A stretch of DNA of 64,000 nt from an uncultured Methanosarcinaceae archaeon. Lineage in GTDB: Archaea; Halobacteriota; Methanosarcinia; Methanosarcinales; Methanosarcinaceae. A program made the position numbers and the translations under genes. Where the stretch lies: NCBI GenBank assembly GCA_963721455.1, contig CAVRJG010000042.1, forward strand, positions 1 to 64,000, in the 5' to 3' direction. This document shows positions 10,614-22,414 of this stretch, piece after piece; positions within the stretch are counted from its first letter, which is position 1, and each line of letters starts with the position of its first letter. The notes beneath the pieces were generated by a model, which ran no database searches, was not told the DNA's origin, and saw only the letters and a list, made by a program, of their open reading frames with translations.

Positions 10614-12431
10614 ATGGGACCTCTCTATATTTCATTTCTCTGGCACATGCATCAGCCGTACTACAAGAACCTTTCTTCGGGAGAGTATCTTCTTCCCTGG
10701 GTTTTGCTCCATGGGACGAAGGATTATTATGATATGGCTGCCATGCTGAAAGAGTTTGACGGCATGAAACAAAATTTCAACCTCGTCCCTTCACTGATTG
10801 TCCAGCTTCTTGATTATGAAAATCTGGAAGCAAAGGATGCCTATCTTACGATATTCAAGAAAGAGCCGAAAGATCTGTCGGATTCTGAAAAGGTCTTTAT
10901 TCTCAGTAATTTTTTTAATGCCAACTGGGATAATATGATCCGGTCATATCCCCGGTATTATGAACTGCTTGCCAAACGTGGATTTTATTACCCTAAAGAC
11001 GCAATGGGAAAGATAATAAACTATTTCACCAACGAAGAATTCAGGGACATTCAGATACTCTTTTTTCTTGCCTGGATAGACCCCACCTTTTTTGAGGTCT
11101 ATGATGGCCTGAAATACCTTAAATCAAAGGGACGTTTATTCAGTGAAGACGACAAAAAGATCCTTGAAGACGCGCAGAAGAGCATTCTAAAAGGTATTAT
11201 TCCTCTTTACCGGGAGCTTGCGGAAAAGGGTATTATTGAGCTTTCGACGTCGCCTTTCTATCATCCCATTATTCCTCTTCTTATCGATAGCAGTGTTGCC
11301 AGAGAATCCATGCCGAACGTGGCCCTTCCGGAGAGGTCTTTTGTCAGACCGGAAGACGCTTCACATCAAATAGACAGAGCGGTGAAGCTCTTTCAGGAGG
11401 TTTTTCAGAGCACTCCGCAGGGCATGTGGCCCCCTGAAGGTTCGGTCAGTGACGATGCCCTTCAACTCTATATGGAACAGGGTGTGAAATGGCTTGCCAC
11501 TGATGAGGATATTCTTTTTGAAAGCCTGAAATGGGAATCACGAAGAGATGGCAGCGGTTTTTTGACTCATCCGGAGATTCTCTATAAGCCATACCGATAT
11601 GAGAAAAAAGGGAAACATATCGATATGATATTCCGGGACCAATCGCTTTCGGACCTTATATCATTTCACTATTCACGTATGGACGCGAAGGATGCCGCCA
11701 TGGATTGCCTGCGGCGGCTCAGGAGAATCCGGGATTCTGTGCAGGGCAAGATTAAAAAACCTCTCGTCACCATTGCTATGGACGGTGAGAACGCCTGGGA
11801 AAGTTACAAGAATGACGGAAGGGATTTTCTGAAGTATCTCTATGAAGGGATTCTCTCAGAGGGTGATATCGTCCCTGTTACAATATCGGAATATTTGAAA
11901 GATGCCGAAGAATTTGGCGGCCTTACTCATTGTTTCGCCGGTTCCTGGATCGGCCACAACTTTTCCATATGGATCGGCCATAGCGAAGACAACAACGGCT
12001 GGTCCCAGCTTTCACAGGCACGAGATATGCTGGAAACACAAGACCCGGACCATACAAACAAAGAGGCCTGGGAGTCGATTTATATAGCCGAGGGGAGTGA
12101 TTGGTTCTGGTGGTATGGCGATGAACATTCTTCAGAAAATGACGAAATATTCGATTTTCTTTTCCGTGAAAATCTTGCCAATGTCTATAGATTTCTCCAC
12201 AAAGAACCTCCGGAGATACTCAGTATCCCCATTATTGTAGAAGACCGTGAAACACGGCCTACGCGGGAGCCGATGAATTTTATTCATCCGAAAATAGACG
12301 GTCTGGTTACCAATTACTTTGAGTGGATAGGCGCCGGATATCTGGAAGGGAGAGGACATGGCGCGGCCATGCACGAGTCGGTCTCGCTCATCAAGGGATG
12401 CTATTACGGTTTTAATGAGGACAACCTCTTC
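10614..12431 (+). CDS. Glycoside hydrolase family 57 (amylopullulanase-like), truncated at the junction
   Basis: WHMHQP, ELSTSPFYHPI, GMWPPEGSVS, DGENAWE, AEGSDWFWW motifs. Confidence 0.92.
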
Positions 12432-12445
12432 TTGTTGAGGACGAG
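12425..12445. other. Bacterial/archaeal junction (probable chimera or contig join)
   Basis: GH57 breaks mid-domain; sequence continues TTGTTGAGGACGAGCATATCGTTGCAATG, nearly identical to the receiver gene at ~13408. Confidence 0.85.
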
Positions 12446-12805
12446 CATATCGTTGCAATGGGGATAAAGAAAATGTTAAAGAGTTTGGGATACACGGTTA
12501 CCGGTGTAGCCTCGTCCGGAGAGGATGCCATAAGCAAGGCGGAAAGTACTTTTCCTGATGTCGTGCTTATGGATATCATGTTAAAAGGTGATATGGACGG
12601 CGTGGAAGCTGCAAGGGAGATCAGGGAACGGTTTGATGTCCCGGTTGTTTACCTGACTGCTTATTCCGATAATAATATTCTTGAGCGGGCCAAGAGAACC
12701 GAGCCTTTCGGTTACATTATAAAACCTTTTGACGAGAAGGATCTCTACAGCAGCATCGAAGTAGCCCTGCACAGGCAAAGGGCGGAAAAAGAAAAACCAA
12801 AATGA
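12434..12805 (+). CDS. Stand-alone response regulator receiver protein (N-terminus lost at junction)
   Basis: VEDEHIVAMG, DVVLMDIMLKGDMDG, VYLTAY, GYIIKPF. Confidence 0.9.
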   Translation, partial: VEDEHIVAMGIKKMLKSLGYTVTGVASSGEDAISKAESTFPDVVLMDIMLKGDMDGVEAAREIRERFDVPVVYLTAYSDNNILERAKRTEPFGYIIKPFDEKDLYSSIEVALHRQRAEKEKPK

Positions 12806-13385
12806 TTCAGGAGAAAAAACGATGCCTCGGATCTATCCGACAGGAAGTTCATTTTTTCCGGGCTTTCCGGGAAATTCGGAAATTCTCCGGATCGCCAGAG
12901 TTTATTTCTTTTCCTTAACAGAGGCAGCAGGAATTTCTCTCTTATATATCTCTTGTCTCTTTTTTCGTAATCTGTTTTGTCCAGACATATTTGATCTTAA
13001 CGAGGTCAGGGAAAATACCCTGATCAGCGTTATTAAGTTCTGTCTTTTCCCGATCGTGCAATCAAAATTTTTAAATGAATCAAAATATCTTTTAGCCCTG
13101 GATAAAGTACTTCTCTCCTGCCAGAGACAAAGCCACCTTAAATTTCTTTTCCTCCTGTAAACGCTATACGGGGTGGGTTATATACCTTTGTTTATATAGG
13201 CATCTGCAATGAGAAGTCCTTAATTGTATTTACATCTGGATTTTTACAGATGCGAATACTTCTGGCTCCGGCTTGTGACTTTCCCTGTGGATGGGTTGAA
13301 GGGAATATTGAACTTGATATGAGCAGGAAACTTGGTTCAAAATCAGTTCTCAGAAGCCGGAGTACGAAAAAAAGGTGTAGTAATA

Positions 13386-14042
13386 ATGGTAAATGGAAGA
13401 ATTCTGGTTGTTGAGGACGAACATATTGTTGCAATGGGAATGCGGGCAATGCTAAAGAGTCTGGGATATACTGTGACTGGCGTAGCCTCGTCCGGAGAGG
13501 ACGCCGTAAGTAAGGCAGAAAGCACCTTGCCTGACCTCGTGCTTATGGATATTATGCTTAAAGGCAACCTGGATGGCATAGAAGCATCAAAGGAGATAAT
13601 AACCCGGTTTGATATACCAATCATTTATCTTACTGCCTGCTCGGATAGTAAAGTCCTTGAGAGGGCCTGGAATACGGGGTATTTTGGATATATTGTGAAG
13701 CCCTTCGATGAAATGGACCTGAAAAGAGGTATTGATATTGCCCTTGCCAGGCGCAGGGTGGAAAAAAGGGGGTTGACAGAAATCCCGGGAAGCTTCAAAA
13801 GGATTCCGAAAAACTCCGGCTTCTTCCGGGTTCCCGGTCCAGTCCTCAAAGTTCACAGTAAACCTTCAAATTACAATCTTATATCTTCAGTTCGTTATAT
13901 TTTCAGTTCTTTTTCAAGTGCTTCAGCAACGGTTTTCAGGACTTTAATCCGGGAATATCGTTTGTCGTTTGATTCCACGACAATCCACTTAGCGTTTGTC
14001 GTGTTCGTTTTCTGGAGCATCTCATCGGCTGCGTTTTTATAG
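13386..14042 (+). CDS. Second response regulator receiver protein (paralog); tail overlapping PPK2 is probably a frameshift artefact
   Basis: RILVVEDEHIVAMG, DLVLMDIMLKG, YIVKPF. Confidence 0.8.
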   Translation: MVNGRILVVEDEHIVAMGMRAMLKSLGYTVTGVASSGEDAVSKAESTLPDLVLMDIMLKGNLDGIEASKEIITRFDIPIIYLTACSDSKVLERAWNTGYFGYIVKPFDEMDLKRGIDIALARRRVEKRGLTEIPGSFKRIPKNSGFFRVPGPVLKVHSKPSNYNLISSVRYIFSSFSSASATVFRTLIREYRLSFDSTTIHLAFVVFVFWSISSAAFL

Positions 14043-15406
14043 TCCTCCCACCTGCTCCGATTACGCCAGTCTTCGTCTGTGATTTTCCACTTTTTTTCCG
14101 GATCATATTGCCTGCTGTTAAAGCGTTCCAGTTGAGTGTCCGTATCGATTTGAAGCCAGAACTTGAGTATAATCGCTCCTGCCTGTGCCAGAATTTCTTC
14201 AAATTCATTAATCTCCCTGTAAGCTCTTTTCCATTCTTCTTCGCTGCAGAACCCTTCAACTCTTTCTACCAGGACGCGGCCGTACCAGCTCCTGTCGAAA
14301 ATAGTTATATGTCCGGCTTTAGGGAGTGCTTCGCAGAAGCGCCAGAGGTAATGGTGGGCTTTTTCTACTTCATTTGGTGAGCCCACTGGCACTACCCTGT
14401 AGAGCCTGGGGTTAAGGTTTTCGACAAGGCGGTAGATATCTCCTCCTTTGCCTGCAGCATCCCAGCCTTCAAAAACCACAATCAAAGGGCGCTTTTTTTT
14501 GAATAGCTCGTACTGGAGGGCTTCGAGCTTTTGCTGGTAAAGCTTTTTTGATTCTCTGTACTCATTTGCAGGCATTTTTTTAGAGAGATCAACTTTTTCC
14601 AGGATAGAACTGTTAAGCTCAGGGATGCCCCGGGTTTCTATATCCAGATATTTAATTGTCTGCGCTGCTGGAATTCGGGTTACCTGTTCAATACAGGTTT
14701 CAATTGCATGGGCAACTGTCACCATAATTTTAAGAGTTGCGAAGCCCCGGTCATTAGCTTCTACGATTGTCCAGGGGGCATAAGGCATATCCGTTTTCTC
14801 CAGCAGCTTTTCGACAAACGGCAGGTACTCATTATAATTAAGGACAAAATCAAGATCCTGTTTGCCTTCCTTTTCATTTTCGTCAAGGATAAAGGGGACA
14901 TCGTTCTTTTTGATGTCTTTGAAACGTTCTTTGTGTTCTTTTTCGCTTATGTGGAGGAAAAATTTGAGTATAAGATACCCATCATCTGCAAGCTGGCGCT
15001 CGAAATAATTTATTTCTTCCAGACATTGTCCCATTTTTTTTTCGGATTTTTCCTTCCCCAGACACTCTATAATTGCCCTGCTGTACCAGCTCCTGTCAAA
15101 GATCGCAATTTTTCCCCTCAAAGGAATCCTGGACCAGAAGCGTACAATAAAGGGCTTGAGTAGGTCTTCGTAGCAGGGACTGACCATGGTGTGAAAGTTG
15201 TATCCTCTGGGGTCCAGAGAAAGAATAAAACGGTTGATATCTTCTGCCATCCCGGAGACGTGCCAGCCTTCGAAAACAAGGATAATAGGTATTTTTAACT
15301 CCCAGGCTTTCCGTTGCAGCTCTCCGAGCGTGGCTTTAAATACTTTCTCGCTATTTTTATATTCTGCATTTGTTATTGTCTTTGACAGATCGGTTTTTTC
15401 AAACAT
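13895..15406 (-). CDS. pap: Two-domain polyphosphate kinase 2 (polyphosphate:AMP phosphotransferase)
   Basis: Two PPK2 domains, FEGWDAAGKGG Walker A and FDRSWY motifs twice; N-terminal Walker A degenerate (FEGWHVSGMAE). Confidence 0.9.
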   Translation of the reverse strand: MFEKTDLSKTITNAEYKNSEKVFKATLGELQRKAWELKIPIILVFEGWHVSGMAEDINRFILSLDPRGYNFHTMVSPCYEDLLKPFIVRFWSRIPLRGKIAIFDRSWYSRAIIECLGKEKSEKKMGQCLEEINYFERQLADDGYLILKFFLHISEKEHKERFKDIKKNDVPFILDENEKEGKQDLDFVLNYNEYLPFVEKLLEKTDMPYAPWTIVEANDRGFATLKIMVTVAHAIETCIEQVTRIPAAQTIKYLDIETRGIPELNSSILEKVDLSKKMPANEYRESKKLYQQKLEALQYELFKKKRPLIVVFEGWDAAGKGGDIYRLVENLNPRLYRVVPVGSPNEVEKAHHYLWRFCEALPKAGHITIFDRSWYGRVLVERVEGFCSEEEWKRAYREINEFEEILAQAGAIILKFWLQIDTDTQLERFNSRQYDPEKKWKITDEDWRNRSRWEDYKNAADEMLQKTNTTNAKWIVVESNDKRYSRIKVLKTVAEALEKELKI

Positions 15407-17842
15407 GCTGGAACCCTGAGCTTGTCTCTTTAAAATCAATAGCTATCCCAATATCATTTGAGTAATATTGACCTGCAGGTATAAGATTTGTCTTTAAATG
15501 AATTATAATATGTAGTATATGCGTCTAATTAGGTATTTTAATTTTTTGATAGAGTTTGCTCTGGTAAGTATTAATTGGGAACAGAAAAAGAATTATGTAA
15601 ATTTTATCGGCAAGAATTCACATATATACGATTTAATAATATTTCGTTTAATACAATTTAATTTTATATCATTTGACATATAATTTTAATTATTTTTAAT
15701 TTCTGAGTTTATTGGATATATAATAATTTAGCCTGACAGGCTCAAAATGAAAAGATCTCTTCTTATAATACTGAAAGTATGTGTTTTATTGGATGTTTAT
15801 CCCGGAGAGTCTATACAAACCAGAGGGAAAACTATTTTATAAATATATTTGGATAATTAACCTGTATTTTTAGGGATCTGATATTTAATTTGTAGTTCTA
15901 TATCTCAATTTCTCAATTTGCTGCGTATATTTGTTATATTAATTATATATAACATACTGAGTACCATTATCATGCGTTTCAGTGATTTAATGCTCCATAG
16001 GATATAATTTATATAATATATGTATTAGGTTGGTGGTTTAATAATTGTTACAGTTAAACTTTAAAACATATATTAATAATATGTTATTAATAACCTCTAT
16101 AGATATATCTTTGCTATTATGGGTGTGACTTATCAAAAGTAAGTTGAGTTATATATAGTTAAAAACTTATTTTAAATTAAGTGTATTTAACTAAACACTT
16201 CAAAGCAAAAAAGGAGAAGAAGTATATGCAACATAGTGAATATATTAATGATACTCATTTATACCTGTACTTTCTGAATAACACTCTCCAAAAGCATCTT
16301 TAGAAATATATTTATTAAATAGGGTATTAAATTTATGTGGTCTAATTATATGGTCCAATTAATTTTATACTCATATATTTCCTAATAAAAATATACTTTT
16401 AAATTTATGCATTATTTATTGGTGACATCATATTCTCGATATCACTTTTTATAATTTATATTAAATTATGTGCAAAATAGTTACTATGATTAATTATTAC
16501 TGATTTTATTTACTTTTTTAATCAAATTATAAAATATATACTAAATTTAACTCATTAATTTTGGTTACTCAAAAAAATGAACCTATATCCTGCAAAATCA
16601 TTTTCGTTCATGACTTCAAAAGACTTCTTAAGTTATATTTCCAAGTTTTTTCAGATTTCACTCTATTTTTTGTGCAGCGTGTTTAATATATCACTATATT
16701 TATAATTCATTTTTTTGAGTACATAGGGTAGGACTTCTGTATGAAACTTTAGTGAAAACACATAGGTAAAAATTAGACTCGAACTAGTTATATAAAATAA
16801 AATTAGCCAATTAATGGCAAAGACATCACTTTTTAAATGGGTACTTGAATTTTTGAATTGGGTGAGGCAGATACTACCCATGCCTATAGTATATGGGTAT
16901 AATTCCCTTCATTTTTCTGACAATCTTCCTGCAGTATTTTTTTGTGTTTCATGGGGCGGTGTTCGGCTGAAACATGCCTATTCCTATAGTCTTTGTAATG
17001 GACGAGTTTACAAAATTGGGGGTCAAATGCTATTTTGTGAAATTAGACAAAACCATACACATATCATATATGAATGGATTTTCCCGAAAATATTTTGAGC
17101 CTGGAAAACCGGCCCAAAAAAAGGGAGCATGGAGCAAAATTTAAAATATGCGTTTGAGTTATAAGTGCCGCTGTTAATTATTAATAAATTGCAGCTTTGT
17201 TCACCCGGGTTCTAATGTATGGCTCTGAAATACTCAAATTTTTAACATTTAATAAACTATAAAATAATAAAAAAATTTAATTTCGGAAAAACTTTTTCTT
17301 GTGAGTTTAATTGACAAATTTCATCAATTTTTAAGTCATCCTTTTTATATTTTGCCTTAATAAAATCGCGACTTTAAAGTTTTATGCACCTATATTTATA
17401 TATTAGTTTTTGATCTGTTGAGTGTATACGTCGTAAGCAAAAAATGAGGTAAAACACATAGGGTAGAAATATGGATATTTTTGCTAAAATCAGAACTTAT
17501 CTGAACTTATTAATTCAAAGCCACTAAAATATCCTCTATGATGCCTGAATATATTAATATTCTCTGACCTGGTAAGCGGCGTATTTTTTCAAAGATCATA
17601 CATTTAATTAAAACATATATATTCAATAATAAAAATAAAAAACCGACTATATTGAAAATATTATATATTTGGATTTATTACAGCTTTTAATTAAATCTAA
17701 TTAAATTTAAATCATAGTATTCTTTAATTAAAATATAACTTATTTTTTATGTATCTTTATAATATTACGTTAAATAAAGACTGACTTAAATTATTATATA
17801 AAGGAAAAATTATCAAAAAACGGAAAAACGTGTGTAACTAAA

Positions 17843-18307
17843 TTATAATACAAGTTTAACATCAAATATTTCTTCAAAAAGCCCGTATTTTTTGCGGGCC
17901 CTATACAGGTACTGGCGGATAGGAGCCTCATCTTTTGCCCTGGCAATAAGGGCTTCAATTTCCCCTTTGGAAAAAACGGCTTCAAGCTTTTTCATGGGAA
18001 TTGCCTCAAGTCCTTTCCAGTCATCAATTATCTGGTTGCTTATATGGATTGGGATTGGAAGCAGGGATACTCGGGCCTCATCTACCCAGTTCCACTCTGA
18101 ATCGTAGATATTTGCATAGAAATCACCGCATGAAACACATTTTGTTACGACTACAGTTCTCTCCCCTGCAGAGTGGTAGCTGAGGCTCATAAGTATTGAA
18201 TCGCAACTGGTGCAATTACCGATCTCATTTTCTTCCAGACTATACGCAGGTATTCGGTTTTCTTCAATGCAAAGATTATTCCCGTTAAGGTCATAGCTGT
18301 ATTCCAT
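17843..18307 (-). CDS. Zn-ribbon-containing hypothetical protein
   Basis: CTSC and CVSC pairs; GGAG RBS. Confidence 0.7.
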   Translation of the reverse strand: MEYSYDLNGNNLCIEENRIPAYSLEENEIGNCTSCDSILMSLSYHSAGERTVVVTKCVSCGDFYANIYDSEWNWVDEARVSLLPIPIHISNQIIDDWKGLEAIPMKKLEAVFSKGEIEALIARAKDEAPIRQYLYRARKKYGLFEEIFDVKLVL

Positions 18308-18968
18308 ATTATCTGCTCCTGGATGAGGCTGAGGGAATTGGCGCTGCTATTAGTTTTCAGGCTTTTTCTTTAGTTTCTTCTCTGTTCTGTCTAAAGGTTA
18401 TAAACCTATTAATATTAATCGGGTATATATGTTCCCCGTTTGTGGGAGGTTTTATAAGTCTTACTAAAATAAAAACATACTCTTTTCTCTAAAAGTAATA
18501 CTTATTTTTTATTAACACAAATTTTTCAAAAATAACACAAAAAAACAATAATCGCAATCGTGAAGATGTGTAATCAAAATAAGTTACTTAAAATTTACAA
18601 GAATTACTAAATTTTTACTCCAATGTAAATCTTTTCTTTTGATGGTTTCGGTGAAGATATTCAAGTCGGTATCTTTTAACATTGTTATTTTTTCTAGTTT
18701 TTGAATTATGCAAAATTGTCTTTTTTAAAAATTGCCCCAAAAATTTCTATTTATATATCTGTTTAATAAAAAATCCATGTTTTGTACACAGTTTGTTTAG
18801 ATGTCGGGGGCATCAGCTAATCTCGAATAAATTATCTTTATCAAAAATGTTCTTAATTTTTATGCGATGCTTATACACAACTGCATACAAAAAATTTAAG
18901 TGACCTATATTCCTACTATTTAGTGTGATATTCAAATAAAGATTATAACTAACAGAGTGGTGTGAAGT

Positions 18969-19886
18969 GTGAGCAAAATATTTAGATGTACAATATGTGT
19001 AATTCTGTTTATATTTTGCGTGGGATGTATAGAAAACGAACAAAGAGCAATTAGGGGAAATAGTGAAAATAATAATTCAACAAGTGAAGTTCAAATAAAT
19101 CTTGTTGAGGATTACTATAAAGAACTAGATAAAGCCGGAGAAATGGCAGATTATATAAATCATATGGAATTACTAAATTATTATAATCGACCTAGAATAG
19201 ATTATGTATTTGATGAAGAAGTATTTTATATGAATGAAAGTGAATTAGCTAAAATTGAATACAAAAGAGCAATAATAACACTTAATAGACAATCAATTCA
19301 TTTTGTAAATCTTAATAATATCGAAGAATTTGGGACATCGAACTATACTAATACTCATATAAATTCAATTGTGTATGCCGCATTTACGCCGATGTATAAT
19401 CTTGATGATGAACAAACTAATTGTATAATATTTTCCAGAAATATTCTATTAAAACATTGTTCAACAGAAGCCGAAAAAAATACGCTAAGCGAGTATTTTA
19501 AAACGATAGATAAATGGAGTAAATTCAAGAATAGTCTTGTATATGCTAATGTACCTATGAATAATTCAGATGAAAATAGAACATTTGTAGTTGATAATGT
19601 TGAAGACATGGATGTAATAACTGATTTAGAGTGGAAACAAACTGATCTGGAACATTATTTTGAATTTTTAGATTCTTCTGGTTTTGATTCATCCGATGAG
19701 ATGTTAATTTTTGCTCGCCAATTTAGAATTGCAAAACAAAATATTAATAATGAATTATCCGATAGGGAACGAGAAGAAATATCTAGCGCAAGAGAATTTG
19801 TAATAACTAATTTCCCACAAAATAGTAATGATATTAACAGATCAGATATTCAAATGTATTTTTACCAATGTGATAACAAAACATAA
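18969..19886 (+). CDS. AT-rich hypothetical secreted/lipoprotein
   Basis: 305 aa ORF, signal peptide with lipobox-like FCVGC, GGTG RBS. Confidence 0.6.
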   Translation: MSKIFRCTICVILFIFCVGCIENEQRAIRGNSENNNSTSEVQINLVEDYYKELDKAGEMADYINHMELLNYYNRPRIDYVFDEEVFYMNESELAKIEYKRAIITLNRQSIHFVNLNNIEEFGTSNYTNTHINSIVYAAFTPMYNLDDEQTNCIIFSRNILLKHCSTEAEKNTLSEYFKTIDKWSKFKNSLVYANVPMNNSDENRTFVVDNVEDMDVITDLEWKQTDLEHYFEFLDSSGFDSSDEMLIFARQFRIAKQNINNELSDREREEISSAREFVITNFPQNSNDINRSDIQMYFYQCDNKT

Positions 19887-21119
19887 ATGTTTTTTTAACG
19901 TTTTTAGTGCGGAGATAAGTTAACTTAAAAACGCAGCTTATGTGTAAAGATAATGCACAACTGCATTTTTTCAAAAGTTGCCTGACTAAAAAGAGTAATA
20001 TTTCAGGGTAAAGGTTCTGTTCTCAGTGTATTTTCATGAGCAATATTTATCAAGAAACTTTGTAAAAAAATATAGTTTTTCCTTTCCTCTTTAATTCCCT
20101 AACCTTAAAAATTAGCTATCTCCTTAAGCCTTAACAGTATTCCCCAAAACCAAGTTTTCCCAAGCCTTAACTCTCTCCAAATACAGACAAGATAAACAAA
20201 TATAAAGTATAGACTATTATATCCCTTTTACAATTCCCTTTAATATCGTTTTACTATTTTACAGGTAAAATTTACATTTTATATTTTACAAGTAAAAACA
20301 TACATACTTTTGCATTTTCTTTAAATAGCAAACTAGCCCATTTACAGAACTATACACATTTTACACTCTTCTTAATACAGAAAGTTAATATCCTCTCTTC
20401 TTCCCTCTACACTATTAATATTAATCCCCTTTTTATGAAAAATTCTTTGATTCAAGGATAATGATTCAAGGATAATTCAGCTTCCTCCCGCCTTCTCTTC
20501 TCATTCTGAGATTTCAAAATATGCACAAAAGATGCCGCAAGGTCCTTCAAGAACAGGCTTTTAGAGGTAAATTTACATAACATCGAATATTTGATAAATT
20601 TGAGAACGATTTTTATGGCCAGGTTTCTATACCTAATTTCAGGGTGTTAAACAAAATCCGCAAAACGCAGTTTTCACTTTAGTACAAGTAAAAACAGGAC
20701 AGTTTTAGTAGAGTAAACACAAACTTAATATATAGTCATAAGAAAATAATAATGTATTTAAGTAAATATATTATATAAGTATTCAAATTTCCCCTCTGCA
20801 GAATAAGAGTTTTTCTCATTTACAGGAGTATAAAGCTTTTATAAAAATAATAAGTTAAAGACAAAAATATAAGAGTCAGGCATTTATTATGAAAAACTCT
20901 AAAAGAGATTTGAAAGTATAGATGGCACTGATGAGCCATAAAAAGCAATATATCAGAGAAAGAATATATAGGTATACAGAAAACTGGAATTGAATTAAAG
21001 TAAAATTGTTTAATGGATATGAATTTTTATATCCATTCCCATCAGGACGAATAAATTTACAAATCTATATATAGGGTTATAACTGACATAGTTTGCTACA
21101 TCAGTAAAGGTGGTAATTA

Positions 21120-21449
21120 ATGGTATCCATCCGCGCTAAAATTAAATCCAGATTAGAGAAATTTCTTGAAGTTGATTCCAGTGGATATCGAAGGGCTATA
21201 CTGTGTATCTTCATCAAGGTAAAAAAAGCGACTATTGATGAACTTCATGAAATGCTTACAAGCAGGTATAATGTATCGAGAAATACAGTTGCATCCATGG
21301 TAGGGTACATCCATTCGAAACTTGGAATTCTGAGGGCGCATAAAGAATCTTATAAAACCCCGATGGTTTACCTTCTGAGAGAAGAATACGTAGACCTGCT
21401 CATGAAGATTGTAACTTCATCCAGAACATCTACCGAATTTACGGTTTGA
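21120..21449 (+). CDS. DUF2551-like winged-helix protein
   Basis: VASMVGYIHSKLGIL motif; GGTGG RBS. Confidence 0.7.
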   Translation: MVSIRAKIKSRLEKFLEVDSSGYRRAILCIFIKVKKATIDELHEMLTSRYNVSRNTVASMVGYIHSKLGILRAHKESYKTPMVYLLREEYVDLLMKIVTSSRTSTEFTV

Positions 21450-21487
21450 TAAGTTTACTATTCTACCCAACTTCCTGATGGACAACA

Positions 21488-21889
21488 ATGTCACTTGTGA
21501 AAAATGCACCCAGAACAGCAACAACTGTCGTGGTAAGGTCTGATGCCAATACCCGTATAGGCCATTCAAGAGACCCCTATTACAGTCTTATGCGGCGTAT
21601 TTTTCAAGAGGATACCACTGCTGTTAGAGGCCAGAAATTTTTAACACTCATTGAAGAGCGACAAGCCGCAGGAAATGCAATGCGGACTGACGAATGGAAT
21701 GCCATTCTGGAAGAACTCCAGGTAGGCCGTGCCTCATTTTACGCAATGCGCAATAAGTTGCTTGGAGCAGGGCTTATCTCGATAAAGAATAAAGAATACA
21801 GGCTTTCAGGCCAGTTCTCAAAAGATCTCCTGGACATGGCCCGCTGGTGGTGGACTGCAGTTCTCAATCAGCCAGAAGAAAACCTTTAA
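21488..21889 (+). CDS. Conserved hypothetical protein, probable winged helix
   Basis: SFYAMRNKLLGAGLISIKNKEYRLS; co-oriented with DUF2551 gene. Confidence 0.65.
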   Translation: MSLVKNAPRTATTVVVRSDANTRIGHSRDPYYSLMRRIFQEDTTAVRGQKFLTLIEERQAAGNAMRTDEWNAILEELQVGRASFYAMRNKLLGAGLISIKNKEYRLSGQFSKDLLDMARWWWTAVLNQPEENL

Positions 21890-21939
21890 GGAAGTATAAC
21901 TTTTTTGTTATTCTGTTTTAGAAGTCCAGAGCTCTTCAG

Positions 21940-21959
21940 CCGAAAGATATATATATAAA
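21940..21959 (+). promoter_or_regulatory. Archaeal BRE/TATA promoter upstream of tRNA
   Basis: CCGAAAGATATATATATAAA ~65 nt before the tRNA. Confidence 0.6.
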
Positions 21960-22022
21960 ATCTTCCTTTAGAAGATACGCTTCAGGACGAAAGAAATGCA
22001 TCCCACAGCGAAAAATCATCGA

Positions 22023-22095
22023 AGCCCGGTAGTGTAGTGGTCAATCATGCGGGACTCTGGATCCTGCAACCTCGGTTCGAATCCGTGCCGGGCTA
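22023..22095 (+). tRNA. tRNA-Gln (CTG)
   Basis: AGCCCGG/CCGGGCT acceptor stem, anticodon arm CGGGA-CTCTGGA-TCCTG, GTTCGAAT T-loop; no encoded CCA. Confidence 0.95.
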
Positions 22096-22414
22096 TACTC
22101 ACTATGTAAGAAAACCTACTTTGTGCCCTGAAGCAGAGAATTCTTTTTTCTGCTTTTTGTGTTTTACTTTTATATCAGGCGTTGTAAACTTAAAAATATG
22201 TCAACTTTCCCTAACAAAAATATTTTAGTAGGATATTTTTGAATTTTATTGCTATGTTATTTTTGGTCATCCATAATTATATGATTGATGTTTATAATTA
22301 TATGATTGATGTTTTCAAAAACCTATACGGACATGAAATTCTTCGAATAACAGGCACAAAAAAATGAAAGTGCTATTCACCTTACCTTTTTTGACTATTG
22401 ATTTCCTCATTACC

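Noticed and set aside
1-12431. Frequent frameshifts in bacterial genes (lptF, NlpC/P60, oxidoreductase, hydrolase) as pseudogenisation or programmed frameshifting
   Set aside because: They hit essential genes indiscriminately, often at homopolymers, as expected for uncorrected long-read indels.
10614-12805. GH57-response regulator operon or fusion
   Set aside because: Produced by the bacterial/archaeal junction; both genes are truncated.
15440-17842. Replication origin
   Set aside because: No cdc6/orc1 nearby and no recognisable repeated ORB motifs.
22023-22300. tRNA-Gln as the att site of an integrated element
   Set aside because: No duplicated tRNA 3' end was noticed in the window, and the adjacent DNA is an IS composite rather than an integrase.
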